This document shows, in pieces, positions 62,349 through 64,000 of a DNA stretch of 64,000 nt. Origin of the DNA: Gonapodya sp. JEL0774 (lineage: Eukaryota); the NCBI GenBank assembly GCA_027604505.1, contig JADIIX010000021.1:1-64000 (forward strand), written 5' to 3'. The notes beneath the pieces are model-generated. The model had not been told where the DNA came from. It saw nothing but the letters and a program-made list of their open reading frames with translations, and ran no database searches. Both the position numbers and the translations under genes were made by a program. Each line of letters starts with the position of its first letter. Position 1 is the stretch's first letter.

Positions 62349-63313
62349 TTTGCGATGGACTCCTAGGACATGAAGATAGAACGATTTGCCGGCCACCATC
62401 GAATATTTCTCATTTTGCGAAAGTATACGTCATCCGGTCATCCAGCCTTGTGCTGTTCCATCCTGGACTGCCGAATGTGCCTGTTCCACCTTCGGCACCA
62501 AAGTCGCCCATCCGCATGACAACTTTGCTGCGCCAAAAACACCTCAAATACTCTGAATAAACTAAGATAAAGATACAGCGCAATGATAGAACTAGTTGTT
62601 ACCGTCTTACTTTTGTGGCATCGTGACCTCGCCCACGCACTGGACTCATAAAAAAATGAAAAAGCGAATAGTACACAAAATTCAATACCGTAAACGGCGT
62701 AGCCGAATACATTCATATTTCTCGTTCGTGGACGGAAAAAAGTGGCGCAGTTGATGACTCGTTGCTGTCTCCTCCAGTCCACCCACAGATTTTTCAACCA
62801 TATACACGGGTCACAGTCGCAGCAGGAACAGGCTGGAAAATCGGCAGAGTCCAGAAGGCACAGAACACATTTCAATCAAGTTTTAAGGTGGAAAACGAAG
62901 ACGACAAAGGGCGAAGAAGACGTCGCTTGGAAGTGGAGGGGCGACGATCGAGGTTGGAGGGGCGATTCAGCAAAACAGAGCGAAATCGCGAATCGGAACG
63001 TGAAGTCTTGGAGGATTTGTCGAAAAACTGGACGGATTCGTCGTGGAATCGGCGTTTAGAGTCTGCGATTCGACGTGCAGATCGCCCAAGATTTGGGAAC
63101 TGAATTACGCTGGAGCCGCCGCTTTGTTGGACACAATCGCCCTCAAAAAACGAAACCTGTAATTAGAATTTTTGGTTTCAAGTGAGTGATAGTTTGTCTA
63201 GAGACGGTGCATGGATGGGTGTTCATGGCCAACCGTGGGCGACTAGCTCTACGTGCTATTATTAGGTCCCGAAAGATGCACCTCTCAATCGCACTTGTCT
63301 CCGAGCAATCCCG

Positions 63314-64000
63314 TTACTTGGAACGAAATCTCGCCGTTGCGCGACCATCCTCCGTCACGGTATCCAACCCGCCGACGTCTGATTCTTCAAAGTTGTCGAC
63401 AACCCGATCCACCTTCACCCCGTCCAAAATCTCTCTCACCATCGGCCTTCTTCCCCTCCTCCGCCTCCCATTCTCCTCGTACGCCGACCTCCTTTTCCGA
63501 CTCGCCCGTCTCGCCCGACGCGTGTCTCCAAGCATCGTCGCCCACTTGGGCGCCCTCACCGCAGCCCAGCAAGTCGCAGCAATGGGCCAGGCTGGACTCT
63601 TGGCCGGACCATCTTCGGTGCGGAGGGAAGGCGTTGTGAAAGGACTCGGTGTTCCTACAGCTGCCATGGCGGTCATCCTGGCCGCGTCCCGCAGCCGACT
63701 GAGGGAGACCGTCGTGGAAACCACATGGACAGTACCTGTCTTGGCCTTCTATGGTGAATCACATTCATCAGCTGTGCCACTGGAATTTTCTGCGAGAGTA
63801 ACTGTGCTAGCGCCGGTGCCAGAGCCAGTGCAAACGCGAGAGCCAGTGCGACCGCCAGAGCCAATACCGACATCATCCGCAGCCGTCTCTGCCTCCACCT
63901 CAATCTCACCCACCGATGCTCCGTCGACCCCATCGACCGATCCTCCGTCCAACTCATCCCGCCGCTCAGCCCGCCGCCGCCGTCGTTCCCGTCCTCGCGC
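63314..64000 (-). CDS. Probable 3' end of a low-complexity protein running off the window
   Basis: Minus-strand open frames with coding-like composition up to the window edge. No motif recognised; frame uncertain. Confidence 0.3.

Overview
Intron-rich eukaryotic DNA, most consistent with an early-diverging (zoosporic, chytrid-like) fungus given the short GT-AG introns, Crinkler gene and plant-type LRR protein; the species cannot be fixed from sequence alone. The window has two parts. Bases ~1-11.5 kb are an accessory, partly decayed island. It holds a remnant resembling the giant-virus (NCLDV) L1R-type myristoylated membrane protein, an F-box ORF, a TKL-kinase/Sel1 pseudogene and a Crinkler-REase effector. 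Its most notable gene is spliced and encodes two tandem serine-recombinase (resolvase) domains plus a recombinase-like C-terminal domain (7432-9076, minus). That gene lies divergent from an intact intronless orphan ORF, with a GC hairpin between them. Bases ~12-64 kb are host-like genes: an FG-GAP/furin-repeat receptor, TMEM135-like, GPCR-like, PhyH dioxygenase, a large repeat surface receptor, ADA2-like, RidA, cytochrome P450, two APC permease paralogs flanking an RluA, haspin, a beta-lactamase-fold membrane protein and an LRR-mucin. Two of these appear to have lost their catalytic residue. All calls come from motif reading by eye; exon boundaries are approximate and no database searches were run.
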